Of a stretch of 64,000 nt of DNA, positions 29,094 through 37,787 are shown piece after piece. The notes under the pieces were generated by a model. That model did not search any database, was not told the DNA's origin, and worked only from the letters and a program-made list of their open reading frames with translations. The stretch comes from a virus (lineage: Duplodnaviria; Caudoviricetes): IMG/VR virus record IMGVR_UViG_2923098224_000002, positions 31,541 through 95,540 of that record, one strand, 5' to 3'. The number at the start of each line of letters is the position of its first letter. The first letter of the stretch is position 1. Position numbers and translations under genes: made by a program.

Positions 29094-29452
29094 TTCAGGT
29101 TTATGAATACGATGAAAATTTCATTTTGACTAAACCCGTTCCGGTTGAGCCTGATGAAGAAGGGAACTACACAATCCCTGAGAATTGTACAACCGTCCAG
29201 CCTCCGTCTTTCATAAAGGCGATGTATCATCCCGCTGAGAAGACATGGACGGAGGCGGCCACCCAGGAAGAAAAAAAAGCCCTGGAAAAGCAAATTGAAA
29301 GCGGGCGGGTGCCTTTTACCGTTGATGAATTGAAAGCTCAGAACGCGGCCATTACAGAACAACTTGCGGAAGCGCAAAGCCTTGCCGAGTCACAAGCGCA
29401 AATGATTGCCAATCTTTATCTAATGCTGGCGGAGGGGGGGAAAGGGGTATGA
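29090..29452 (+). CDS. Tail fiber assembly protein (XkdW-like position)
   Basis: YEYDENF...IPENCT..PP motif; synteny. Confidence 0.6.
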   Translation: MIQVYEYDENFILTKPVPVEPDEEGNYTIPENCTTVQPPSFIKAMYHPAEKTWTEAATQEEKKALEKQIESGRVPFTVDELKAQNAAITEQLAEAQSLAESQAQMIANLYLMLAEGGKGV

Positions 29453-29637
29453 TGGATTGGTTTACAAGCGTAAAAACCATCTACGGATGGGGGCCGCAGT
29501 ATTACAGTAATGCAGACGTGGCCCGTTTTGTTGAGTGGGGAAGAATTACAGAAGATGAATACAAACAAATAACCGGCTTAACCTATCCGATGACAAAACA
29601 GCCTGTCAGTGTGGATTTAGGCGGCGCCGCAAACTGA
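29449..29637 (+). CDS. XkdX-family protein
   Basis: ITEDEYKQITG motif. Confidence 0.75.
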   Translation: MMDWFTSVKTIYGWGPQYYSNADVARFVEWGRITEDEYKQITGLTYPMTKQPVSVDLGGAAN

Positions 29638-29688
29638 TCAACACCCGGAGAGGTGTTTTTTATTTTGCCTCGAAGGAGGTGATAACAA

Positions 29689-30111
29689 TTGGAGGGAATA
29701 TACGTGTGGATGAATTTTGAGAGCTTACAGATCGCAAGAGCATATCTTTTTGGGGAGGTGAAATATCTTGATTTAATGCTGGTGCTGAACATCATTGACA
29801 TCATTACCGGTGTGATAAAGGCATGGAAATTCAAGGAGCTTCGGAGCCGTAGCGCATGGTTCGGCTATGTGCGTAAGATGCTCAGTTTCCTTGTGGTTAT
29901 TGTGGCGAATGCTATTGATACGATTATGGATCTGAACGGCGTCCTGACCTTTGCGACCGTTCTTTTTTATATTGCAAATGAAGGCCTTTCCATCACAGAG
30001 AATTTAGCGCAGATCGGCGTTAAAATTCCGGCCGTCATCACTGACCGGCTTCACGTAATTGAAAGCGACAACGATCAAAAAACAGAAAAAGACGATCAGG
30101 CCGCAGGTTAA
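29689..30111 (+). CDS. Holin
   Basis: DIITG..KA, NEGLSITENL motifs; TM segments. Confidence 0.85.
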   Translation: MEGIYVWMNFESLQIARAYLFGEVKYLDLMLVLNIIDIITGVIKAWKFKELRSRSAWFGYVRKMLSFLVVIVANAIDTIMDLNGVLTFATVLFYIANEGLSITENLAQIGVKIPAVITDRLHVIESDNDQKTEKDDQAAG

Positions 30112-30158
30112 TCCGGCGGCTTTTTTATATTTCAAAACAGAATAGGAGACGATGAAAC

Positions 30159-31061
30159 ATGGTGAAAATCACTAAAGACTTTATTCCAGTGGGGCACAAT
30201 AACAGACCGGGATATGCAATGGACCCGGCATACATCACCGTTCACAACACGGCGAACACGGCAAAAGGGGCAAGCGCAGCCATGCACGCCCGTTATGAGA
30301 AAAATCCAGAAACACCCACCAGCTGGCACTTTACAGTAGACGAGAAAGAGATATATCAGCATCTGCCATTGAATGAAAACGGATGGCACGCGGGAGACGG
30401 AAACCGCGGAACCGGGAACAGGAAATCTATCGGCATTGAAATCTGCGAGAATAGCGATGGAGATTTTGAGAAAGCCGTGGCGAATGCTCAATGGTTGATC
30501 AAAAAGCTCATGAAGGAGCAGGGGATTTCACTTGCAAACGTGGTACCTCATAAACATTGGTCAGGGAAACAATGCCCGCGCAAGCTGCTCGATCGATGGG
30601 ACTCTTTTAAAGCTGGCATCAGCGGGGCATCGTCGTCTTCGCCAGAAACAAAGCCCGGGGCGACCTACACCGTTAAGAAAGGTGATACTTTATCCGAAAT
30701 TGCACAGGGGACAGGCGTAAGTATGGCAAACCTCCAGAAATGGAATAACATCAAAGACCCGAATAAAATTAAAGTGGGCCAAGTGCTGAAGCTCACGGGG
30801 GCATCCAGCTCTTCTAAGCCGTCATCCAGCGGTAAGAAATACGTTTACCTTCCGGCTTCTGCCGACTCATGGCGCATCTATTCGACTAACAAAGCGCCGG
30901 TTAAAGGGAATGAATGTGGATTCCTCCGTCCGAAGAAGTTCGGCGGCCTGAAGTACGAGGTTCTCGGAAATCCGCAGACCGACGTGTACACGATTAAGAC
31001 GGATCAGTTCGGCAAGGTAAACGTTTATGCTGCGAAGTCCACAGGCGCAACAGTAAAGTAA
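30159..31061 (+). CDS. N-acetylmuramoyl-L-alanine amidase endolysin with LysM (XlyA-like)
   Basis: ITVHNTAN, SWHFTVD, GWHAGDG, KQCP; YTVKKGDTLSEIA. Confidence 0.92.
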   Translation: MVKITKDFIPVGHNNRPGYAMDPAYITVHNTANTAKGASAAMHARYEKNPETPTSWHFTVDEKEIYQHLPLNENGWHAGDGNRGTGNRKSIGIEICENSDGDFEKAVANAQWLIKKLMKEQGISLANVVPHKHWSGKQCPRKLLDRWDSFKAGISGASSSSPETKPGATYTVKKGDTLSEIAQGTGVSMANLQKWNNIKDPNKIKVGQVLKLTGASSSSKPSSSGKKYVYLPASADSWRIYSTNKAPVKGNECGFLRPKKFGGLKYEVLGNPQTDVYTIKTDQFGKVNVYAAKSTGATVK

Positions 31062-31081
31062 ACGAAAAGGGAGACGATATT

Positions 31082-31339
31082 ATGGAAGAAGTATTAATTT
31101 TCGCGACTATCCTCGCGCCCATCTTAACGGCGCTCGTTCAACTCGTTAAGAAGACGATTAAGCTGCCGACGAATATTGTGCCGGCTCTCAGTTTCGTCAT
31201 CGGTATCGGGTTGGGCGCGATTGCCTATCCGTTTACTGACCTCGACTTGGTGCTGCGTTTGTGGGCCGGCGGCTTTGCGGGTCTGGCAGCGACAGGTCTT
31301 TTCGAAATCGGAACAAAACGCGAGGGAACTACGAAATAA
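31082..31339 (+). CDS. Second holin-like membrane protein
   Basis: Three hydrophobic segments; AGLAATGLFE motif. Confidence 0.75.
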   Translation: MEEVLIFATILAPILTALVQLVKKTIKLPTNIVPALSFVIGIGLGAIAYPFTDLDLVLRLWAGGFAGLAATGLFEIGTKREGTTK

Positions 31340-31431
31340 AATAACGGAACTTTTTGCGGGCGCTTGCGTATGAATATGTAGGTGTCCGTTTACATAACTG
31401 AAAAATAAGTTATCATTAGAAGAAAAAGGTC

Positions 31432-31992
31432 GTGATCGTATTGAAGAGGGTTGGGCTACTTTTTTCTGCGTTAATAGCTGCGTTTTTAATCGGTGGGTGT
31501 TCATCTGATTCGCAGCCTCATAACAAAGACAGTACGGCAAAAGCTGAGGAAGTGAGCACAAATGAAAATCTAGGTGAAGATAGTGCTATTTGGGCTTATT
31601 CAGCAGAAATGAATGATAAGGCAAATTACGATGGGCTAGATATTAAAATCGATCGGATTTTGATATCGCCATCAAGCGCCCACATTGCGATAAAAGGATC
31701 GATAGAAAACATCGGGCATTCTTCCTTTGAAGCGTATCCGGCAGCGGAAACAATCAAGCTTAACACCGGAGAGGAATTAGGTCCGGAAGAAGTGATAAAA
31801 GTAGTTGATGACGGCACGAATAAATTAAAGAAGAAGGGCGATCGTCTCGATTTCTTCTACGCTTGGCCTATGTCCAATACAACTCCGAACGAAGTGACAA
31901 GCATAAACCTATCTTGGAATATCTACAAAACGCTTGGAGATGACGCCGTAAACTCAGCTACCTTCACGCGAAATTACACACTAAAACAATAA
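31432..31992 (+). CDS. Lipoprotein (moron)
   Basis: Lipobox LIGGC. Confidence 0.75.
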   Translation: MIVLKRVGLLFSALIAAFLIGGCSSDSQPHNKDSTAKAEEVSTNENLGEDSAIWAYSAEMNDKANYDGLDIKIDRILISPSSAHIAIKGSIENIGHSSFEAYPAAETIKLNTGEELGPEEVIKVVDDGTNKLKKKGDRLDFFYAWPMSNTTPNEVTSINLSWNIYKTLGDDAVNSATFTRNYTLKQ

Positions 31993-32007
31993 CGATAAGC
32001 CCCGTCC

Positions 32008-32343
32008 TTAACCGGATGGGGCGTTTTTTACGTTTATGATATCCGCAAACCTCACGAAATTAGTATCGCCCTTGGCGTCCTTCACACGAAATTCCTTCCG
32101 TATGTGATCCACGTAATGAACTGCACCGATTACTTCGCGTATGTATCCGTCGTCATAAAGCTCGAACGACAAATCTGCGCCTACTTCCATCGATTGCGCG
32201 ACCGTCACTTCCATATCCTCGATCTGCTGCGCGTCCAGTTGCGGCTTCTCTACTTTAAGCTTGGCCTCAGCCAATCGCTGAAACCCTTCGCGTAATTCCG
32301 GCAAGATAAAACTCGAAGCCCACAGTTTGTTATCGCTAGTCAT
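32008..32343 (-). CDS. YolD-like protein
   Basis: WASSFILPE, KPQLD motifs; GGAGGTG RBS. Confidence 0.8.
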   Translation of the reverse strand: MTSDNKLWASSFILPELREGFQRLAEAKLKVEKPQLDAQQIEDMEVTVAQSMEVGADLSFELYDDGYIREVIGAVHYVDHIRKEFRVKDAKGDTNFVRFADIINVKNAPSG

Positions 32344-32370
32344 GCCGAACACCTCCGGCTTTATTATATG

Positions 32371-32384
32371 CGAATATGTGTTCG
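32371..32384 (-). promoter_or_regulatory. Candidate LexA (SOS) box
   Basis: CGAACACATATTCG vs Bacillus consensus CGAAC-N4-GTTCG, upstream of the yolD-like gene. Confidence 0.6.
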
Positions 32385-32418
32385 GATATCAATCGGAAAT
32401 ATCAGCCATAACGAGGAG

Positions 32419-32670
32419 CTATTGTTGTTCGTCTTTTTTAAAAGCGCTTCGCAATTTCTCTTCAATGGACTCTTCGTTGGTTTCAATTTTATATAATAAT
32501 TCGTAAAAATCATCTCGCAGCTTACTAATATTAGTTGCTAAATATCCGTCCATCTTTGAACCACTAAGTTCATAAATACGCGATTTTTCAAGATCTTTCA
32601 ACCTGTTTTCTATATTATTAATTTCACGTCTGTACTTTTTGACGACTCCATTACCATTGTCCGTCGACAT
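32419..32670 (-). CDS. Hypothetical protein
   Basis: GAGGAGGTGA RBS before MSTDNG. Confidence 0.6.
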   Translation of the reverse strand: MSTDNGNGVVKKYRREINNIENRLKDLEKSRIYELSGSKMDGYLATNISKLRDDFYELLYKIETNEESIEEKLRSAFKKDEQQ

Positions 32671-32689
32671 TATATTCACCTCCTCTCGC

Positions 32690-32896
32690 TCACTCACGAA
32701 TTTCAAACAACTCATTCATATCTGTTATGTTAAGCTCTTTCGCAATTTTGGCAACATGCTCTCGGTTAAAAGATGTCCGCTGATTCGAGCAAAGCTCAGA
32801 GATAACGTTCCTTCTAATCCCTATTTTATCTGCGAACTTCATTTTCGGTATATTACGGCTGTCCAATATTTCTTCAAGCTTTATATAAAGCCGCAT
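32690..32896 (-). CDS. Xre-family HTH regulator
   Basis: KMKFADKIGIRRNVISEL. Confidence 0.8.
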   Translation of the reverse strand: MRLYIKLEEILDSRNIPKMKFADKIGIRRNVISELCSNQRTSFNREHVAKIAKELNITDMNELFEIRE

Positions 32897-32984
32897 AACT
32901 CTTCCTCCTTGATTCTGATCGTTATCGGATAAGGTAGATTTATTATACCTTAAATTTTCCTAAATCGAAATCAAAAATATTAAT

Positions 32985-33050
32985 TTATCGATAAAAAGAT
33001 AAAAGAGTTGACTTATCGCTTTATCGATAATATTATTTTATTATCGATAA
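32985..33050. promoter_or_regulatory. Three palindromic operators TTATCGATAA
   Basis: Copies at 32985, 33021 and 33041 between divergent HTH genes. Confidence 0.7.
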
Positions 33051-33070
33051 AGCGATAAGGAGGTGGAGGT

Positions 33071-33856
33071 ATGCATTACTTAGCGGAGCATCAAACGTTT
33101 GATTCGACGGCTGACCTAAACTCGGCAGTCTACGAACACATTAAGCGCAATACATACGACCTGAACGACACCGACCGCCAAGCGCTGAAGAAGATCGCCC
33201 GGTACGCGGTTAAGTTCAGCGGGGCGGCGCACCTGAAGGCGGAAACGCTGGCGGAACTCATTGGCAAGTCCGTCAAGACTGCACGCCGGGCCCTAAATAA
33301 ATTGGCGACGCTTGGCATCGTTAAGAAAATCGCAACAACAAGGAAGATAAACGGAGGGAAGGGCGCGAATATAATCGTGATCCTGCCGGTAGATGACCAG
33401 TCGACAATGTCCAATCGCGTACAAGCCGAAAAGCCAACGGAGACAACGACCGAGGCCCCGAAAACGGAAAACGAACCATCGGATTCTATTAAGCGTTCTA
33501 AAAACCAAAATAACGTATTAGATACGGCGACTGTGCCGGCTGAAGCGTTAAAAGGCGCATTGCCTGACGAAATATTTACCGCGATGTCTCGCTACTTTGG
33601 CGCAGAGGATATTTATAAATACTACGGGATTTTACTTCGCGCTAAAGCAAGCGTAGACAGAACGATCAGGCTCGAAGAACATGCGGCGCCTTTCGTTGAA
33701 GCGTGGCATGCAACGATTATGAAAGCGAAATCGCACGAAATTAGACGTTTTGACGATTACCTATACGCAGGGTTCAGGAAGGCGGCTTGGACGGTTAAGG
33801 CGCGCTTAAATCGTGGAGGATCACTTATGGACCGTTTCAGGCAGGCGTTTGAATAA
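33071..33856 (+). CDS. Winged-HTH (HTH_36-like) protein, possible replication initiator
   Basis: KAETLAELIGKSVKTARRAL...GGKGAN. Confidence 0.65.
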   Translation: MHYLAEHQTFDSTADLNSAVYEHIKRNTYDLNDTDRQALKKIARYAVKFSGAAHLKAETLAELIGKSVKTARRALNKLATLGIVKKIATTRKINGGKGANIIVILPVDDQSTMSNRVQAEKPTETTTEAPKTENEPSDSIKRSKNQNNVLDTATVPAEALKGALPDEIFTAMSRYFGAEDIYKYYGILLRAKASVDRTIRLEEHAAPFVEAWHATIMKAKSHEIRRFDDYLYAGFRKAAWTVKARLNRGGSLMDRFRQAFE

Positions 33857-33933
33857 AATCGCGGGTTTCGGTTCGAGGACTTGCGCGGTGGCGGTGCTAT
33901 ACGCTATAATTCGGAATATCGAAATAAAAACCG

Positions 33934-33993
33934 TTTGACTTAACGATGACTTAACGCTGATATACCAACGTTTGACTTACCGACTGACTTATC
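33934..33993 (+). repeat. Integrase arm-type repeats TGACTTA x4
   Basis: Two pairs immediately left of the att core. Confidence 0.65.
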
Positions 33994-34007
33994 GGATCAC
34001 TTGCGGA

Positions 34008-34056
34008 TACCTTGACAGGGTAGAGGTCGCTGGTTCGAGCCCAGTCGGAATCATCA
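34008..34056 (+). other. att core: 3' half of tRNA-Val(GAC), shared attR(1)/attL(2)
   Basis: TACCTTGACAGGGTAGAGGTCGCTGGTTCGAGCCCAGTCGGAATCA; 5' half of the tRNA is absent. Confidence 0.88.
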
Positions 34057-34121
34057 AGGGTTTCAGCGTGTTGGACACTTACTCGTGTCACACTGGAGTC
34101 ACAAAAAAGAGGAGTCACAAT

Positions 34122-35252
34122 TTAATGTGATTCCTCTTTTTGTTTGCCTTGTAAGATGCCACTGATAAATGTGGAAGCATCCTTCTGCATGTTTGGCATT
34201 AAATGTGAATAGGTGTTAAGTGTAACCTGGATATCTTTATGTCCTAACCTTTCTTGAACAACTTTAGGATGAAACTTTGTTAACAGTAAGGATGCATGAG
34301 AGTGTCTAAGGTTATGGAATGGGATATCAGGTAAATCAAGCTGCTTTAAATAAGCTTTGAACTGTCTTAAAAGGTTTCTTGGATTGATTGCATTCCCTGT
34401 ATCTGTACATACAACTAAATCTCGGTCTGTATAGAGCCCTCCGCATAAGTTCTTCTCTTTCAGTACACGGCTTCGTTGTTTCTTCAGTATATGGATATCA
34501 TGTTCTGATAAGTCGATGGTGCGTGTGCTTGTCGATGATTTTCCACCGTATTTTGTTTGGCCGCCAGAGTGTTCTAATGTTTGAACAATTCTCAAAACAC
34601 CATTATTGAAGTCTATATCCTTAAAACGTAAACCTAAAATTTCACCTTGTCTAAGCCCGAAAGAAATCGCTAACCAAAATGCGATATAGTAACGACTGTT
34701 TTTAGTGTGATCCAGGAATAAAGACATCTGTTCCGCTGACCAAACTTCAACTTCTTTACGCTTAACTGATGGCTTCCTAACTTTTTCAACTGGGTTCTTT
34801 TTAATAAACTCATCTTGGACAGCTGTTTTCATTACATTGTTGAGTACGTGATATATCTTCTTTATTGTGGCAGCTGATAAGCCGGCATTAACTAACCTTG
34901 TTATAAATGCTTGTACCTTTTGAGTTGTTATATCGCTTAGTTTCATGCTTCCAAAGGCGGGGAGTATATGATTTTTCAAATTATAATGATAAACCTTTAG
35001 AGTTTGGTTGCTTACATCTGGAGTTTTGATGTTAAGCCAATACTCAACCAATTCCTTGAAGGTTGAATCATTATCTTTAAGAAGATCCCCAGAGTGATAT
35101 AACTGGAGATCTTCTCTTAATGCTTCTTCTGCATCTTTCTTTAACTTGAACCCACTTCGTTTACGCTGCTTCCGTCTGCCGTTCTCGTCTTTCCCTATAT
35201 CAAACACATAGTACCAATTGCCGTTTCTCTTATCTTTTTTTACTGATGCCAT
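34122..35252 (-). CDS. int: Tyrosine integrase with arm-binding domain
   Basis: GKDENGRRKQ...GF..K, GLRQGEIL, HNLRHSHA, LGH...TLNTY. Confidence 0.95.
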   Translation of the reverse strand: MASVKKDKRNGNWYYVFDIGKDENGRRKQRKRSGFKLKKDAEEALREDLQLYHSGDLLKDNDSTFKELVEYWLNIKTPDVSNQTLKVYHYNLKNHILPAFGSMKLSDITTQKVQAFITRLVNAGLSAATIKKIYHVLNNVMKTAVQDEFIKKNPVEKVRKPSVKRKEVEVWSAEQMSLFLDHTKNSRYYIAFWLAISFGLRQGEILGLRFKDIDFNNGVLRIVQTLEHSGGQTKYGGKSSTSTRTIDLSEHDIHILKKQRSRVLKEKNLCGGLYTDRDLVVCTDTGNAINPRNLLRQFKAYLKQLDLPDIPFHNLRHSHASLLLTKFHPKVVQERLGHKDIQVTLNTYSHLMPNMQKDASTFISGILQGKQKEESH

Positions 35253-35273
35253 TAATCGTTCTCCTTTTTATTT

Positions 35274-35936
35274 TTACCAGCTAGGGCGCTCTCCCCACCC
35301 GGTATTGCTTTTTTCGTAACCTTCTTTTAATGCACTGATAACATGTTCCTTAGCGTCTTTATTGAACTTTGTTATATCTTTACGGAATAAAGAAACTAGA
35401 AATCGGAAGTTATCAGGGGAATCTCCCATTGATAACATCAGCTTATGAAGATTTTCGATGACTGTGCCGAATTCACTAGGATTTATCGTATAGTACCAAT
35501 CAAGGTCGTTTTTAATCTCATTTATTTTTTTATTTATCATTTCATCATAGCTTGCATGTTGCTCTTGGATTCGTATAGCTTCAGCTTGTTCAAGTAAGTG
35601 TTTTTGGTACTCAGGATCATTCATTAACTCAATTTCCCGTTCGATCCAGGCTTCTTCTGCTGCCTTTTCAGCTGCTATTTTTTCAGGAGACTTAAAACCA
35701 AGAGCTTCTAAGTACATTTCTAAATTCTCTTCTGCGATTCCGAGCTTTCTAAATAGTTCTAATAATGTGTTGTAATCCGGATTCTTGTTGTGTCCATTTT
35801 CAATTTGACTAATGTACGCTCCGGACTTACCTAACGATTTTGATAGCTCTTGAGAATTGATCTTCTTTTTCTTCCTATAGTATTTGACCACTGATCCTAA
35901 CTTGTTTTCTTCATCAATCTTAATATTATTATCCAT
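35274..35936 (-). CDS. Xre-family repressor
   Basis: SQELSKSLGKSGAYISQIENG. Confidence 0.85.
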   Translation of the reverse strand: MDNNIKIDEENKLGSVVKYYRKKKKINSQELSKSLGKSGAYISQIENGHNKNPDYNTLLELFRKLGIAEENLEMYLEALGFKSPEKIAAEKAAEEAWIEREIELMNDPEYQKHLLEQAEAIRIQEQHASYDEMINKKINEIKNDLDWYYTINPSEFGTVIENLHKLMLSMGDSPDNFRFLVSLFRKDITKFNKDAKEHVISALKEGYEKSNTGWGERPSW

Positions 35937-36139
35937 GATTATAATGTCACCTCAAAAATAATCATAACATATGGTGAATAAAAAGAATATATTTATTATT
36001 TTCTTATGGATTACGATAAAACTTTAATAAAAATAAAAAAACTTTCATGAAAAGTATTGAAATATTAATGAGTGTGGTTTATGATTGGATTAACCCGAAA
36101 AGGAAAGGGTTAAACAGGAAACAGAAGAGAGGTGGACGG

Positions 36140-36364
36140 ATGAACCAAGAGGAACTAAACCAAGAGCAACTGGAAGAAATCTTCAAAAAGGTTGCGCTTG
36201 ATGTTCAAGATATTCGCAAAATTACTGGGGCTGGAAGAGATACAGCATATGCCCTTTGTAAGAGTGGGAAATTTCACGCAGTGCGGGTAGGGAAAAACAG
36301 AATCAAAGTACCAACAGAAGGTTTCAAAAAATGGTGGTACGGTGAGCAACAAATCGCTCAATAG
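36140..36364 (+). CDS. Excisionase-like HTH protein
   Basis: LDVQDIRKITGAGRDTAY...VRVG..IKVP; RBS GAGAGGTGG. Confidence 0.78.
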   Translation: MNQEELNQEQLEEIFKKVALDVQDIRKITGAGRDTAYALCKSGKFHAVRVGKNRIKVPTEGFKKWWYGEQQIAQ

Positions 36365-36553
36365 GACATAACAGCAACACCGCAATACATAATCGCAATA
36401 CATAACTTGTTCCATAAAACTGGAGGATGAACTATAATGAGATCATATGTTCTGTGTGAACTAAAAGAGATCCTATATTCAGATTCGGGTTAGTGGTGAC
36501 ATCGCCACTGTCTGTTGCTCTGAATTAGTGACACACTACAGGGGGTTATTCGG

Positions 36554-37516
36554 ATGATAGCAAAAGAGAGAGAAGCTAAGAAACCAGAAGTAGATGCAAA
36601 GGTACGTCTTGAAATGTCAGATATTAATGAACAGTATGAACAAACTGACGCATTAATTGATCAATTAATCAACAGTAGCTGTTCGATTGAACGTGAATGG
36701 GCAGCAATGTATCAGATCAAACGTAAGCAAGACAGAGGCGAAATAAACGCACATCAGGCGCTTAAAGCAATTGGGAAGCTTGATCCCAAGTCTCAAGAAA
36801 TGCGTGTATTCACTTACATAATTCCGTTGTATTACTACCTTAGAATGGCTGAATACTCAAATCTTGCAGAAATGTCGACAGTTGTTGATCTTGATTTTAT
36901 TGAAAACAATGAACAGATTAAAAGCTCCTTTTATAACCGTCTGATGGCTTTGTTGGGCGCTTCAGCATTCAGTCAGAATAAAATGACTCAAGCTCGTTTT
37001 TATTGCTCATACGGCATTAATGTAACGAATATTGATAGGCTTGTCGCTTATAGCTATCTAACTTTGGGTAACACTTATTTGCTTGATGATTATGAAAAAG
37101 CAAAAGAATATTACCTGGCCGGTTTAAAACATACTGAGAATAACCCCTTGGCAAAATTACAGCTAACTAGAAGCCTTTGTTTCTTGGAAAACCATTGGAA
37201 TCAAGAGAACTTTTGGCTAAACCCTGATTCAAATGAAGTTACAGATATCCAAGAAATTGCACATTATCACATCAAAAAAAACAACTTGCAACAGGCTAAA
37301 GAAATATTGGAGAACTTAGAGCAGCAACCGAATATTCATAATGACTTTGGCATTCATTTTTATCTAAAAGGACTAGCTTATGAAGATAAGAGATTCTTTT
37401 ATGAGTCTATAAAACACTTTAAGCTGTCCGGCGATCTATACAGCGTACGCTTACCTTTGGATAAATTAAGGGAAATGGGTGAGGACGAGCAGATTTTGGA
37501 TTTACTTGCCCTTTAA
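36554..37516 (+). CDS. aimR: AimR arbitrium receptor lacking the N-terminal HTH
   Basis: SDIN..TD.LI, SYLTLGN, LCFLENHW..EN.WLN, DIQEIAH, YLKG, SI.HFK.SGD...RLPL...MGE..QIL.LL match SPbeta/phi3T AimR TPR region; adjacent aimP. Confidence 0.9.
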   Translation: MIAKEREAKKPEVDAKVRLEMSDINEQYEQTDALIDQLINSSCSIEREWAAMYQIKRKQDRGEINAHQALKAIGKLDPKSQEMRVFTYIIPLYYYLRMAEYSNLAEMSTVVDLDFIENNEQIKSSFYNRLMALLGASAFSQNKMTQARFYCSYGINVTNIDRLVAYSYLTLGNTYLLDDYEKAKEYYLAGLKHTENNPLAKLQLTRSLCFLENHWNQENFWLNPDSNEVTDIQEIAHYHIKKNNLQQAKEILENLEQQPNIHNDFGIHFYLKGLAYEDKRFFYESIKHFKLSGDLYSVRLPLDKLREMGEDEQILDLLAL

Positions 37517-37552
37517 ATCGCGCGATATCACTTGAAAGGAGGTGAAAACTAT

Positions 37553-37687
37553 ATGAAAAAAGTATTTATCGGTCTTACTATCGTAGCTTCATTGGCTGTT
37601 GGTTTCGTTGCAGGTCAACAAACAACTATTCATAGCGCATCAGGGGAAGGAACATTCCATGTAGCAGGTTTTGGACGTGGTGCGTAA
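37553..37687 (+). CDS. aimP: AimP pro-peptide (44 aa), mature peptide GFGRGA
   Basis: AAAGGAGGTGA RBS; MKKVFIGLTIVASLAVGFVAGQQTTIHSASGEGTFHVAGFGRGA. Confidence 0.92.
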   Translation: MKKVFIGLTIVASLAVGFVAGQQTTIHSASGEGTFHVAGFGRGA

Positions 37688-37704
37688 GCATTACATATCC
37701 ATTT

Positions 37705-37733
37705 GAAGGGGTGAGCGATTCGTTCACTCCTTC
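37705..37733 (+). terminator. Hairpin after aimP
   Basis: GAAGGGGTGA-gcgattcgt-TCACTCCTTC. Confidence 0.55.
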
Positions 37734-37787
37734 TCATTACATATTTTTAGGATAAAAATAAAATAAGTGAATAAAAGGAGAAATGTT

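Larger units (their letters stand above)
1..34056. mobile_element. Prophage 1 (siphovirus-type), right part; left end outside window
   Basis: Contiguous terminase-portal-capsid-tail-lysis genes ending at a tRNA-Val 3' fragment (att) preceded by arm-type repeats. Confidence 0.93.

Noticed and set aside
10590-31561. Many antisense or nested ORFs over structural genes (e.g. 10590..11279, 13552..14007, 31124..31561)
   Set aside because: Shadow ORFs of well-supported genes, with no RBS or motifs
34008-34056. Functional tRNA-Val gene
   Set aside because: The 5' acceptor strand and D-arm are missing; it is an att duplicate
36361-36553. Frameshifted AimR HTH upstream of aimR
   Set aside because: Only an 18-codon ORF (MRSYVLCELKEILYSDSG) and short repeats, with no recognisable HTH; aimR has its own RBS
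37688-37787. aimX gene
   Set aside because: Only ~100 bp with a hairpin and AT tract and no ORF with an RBS; a short ncRNA cannot be excluded
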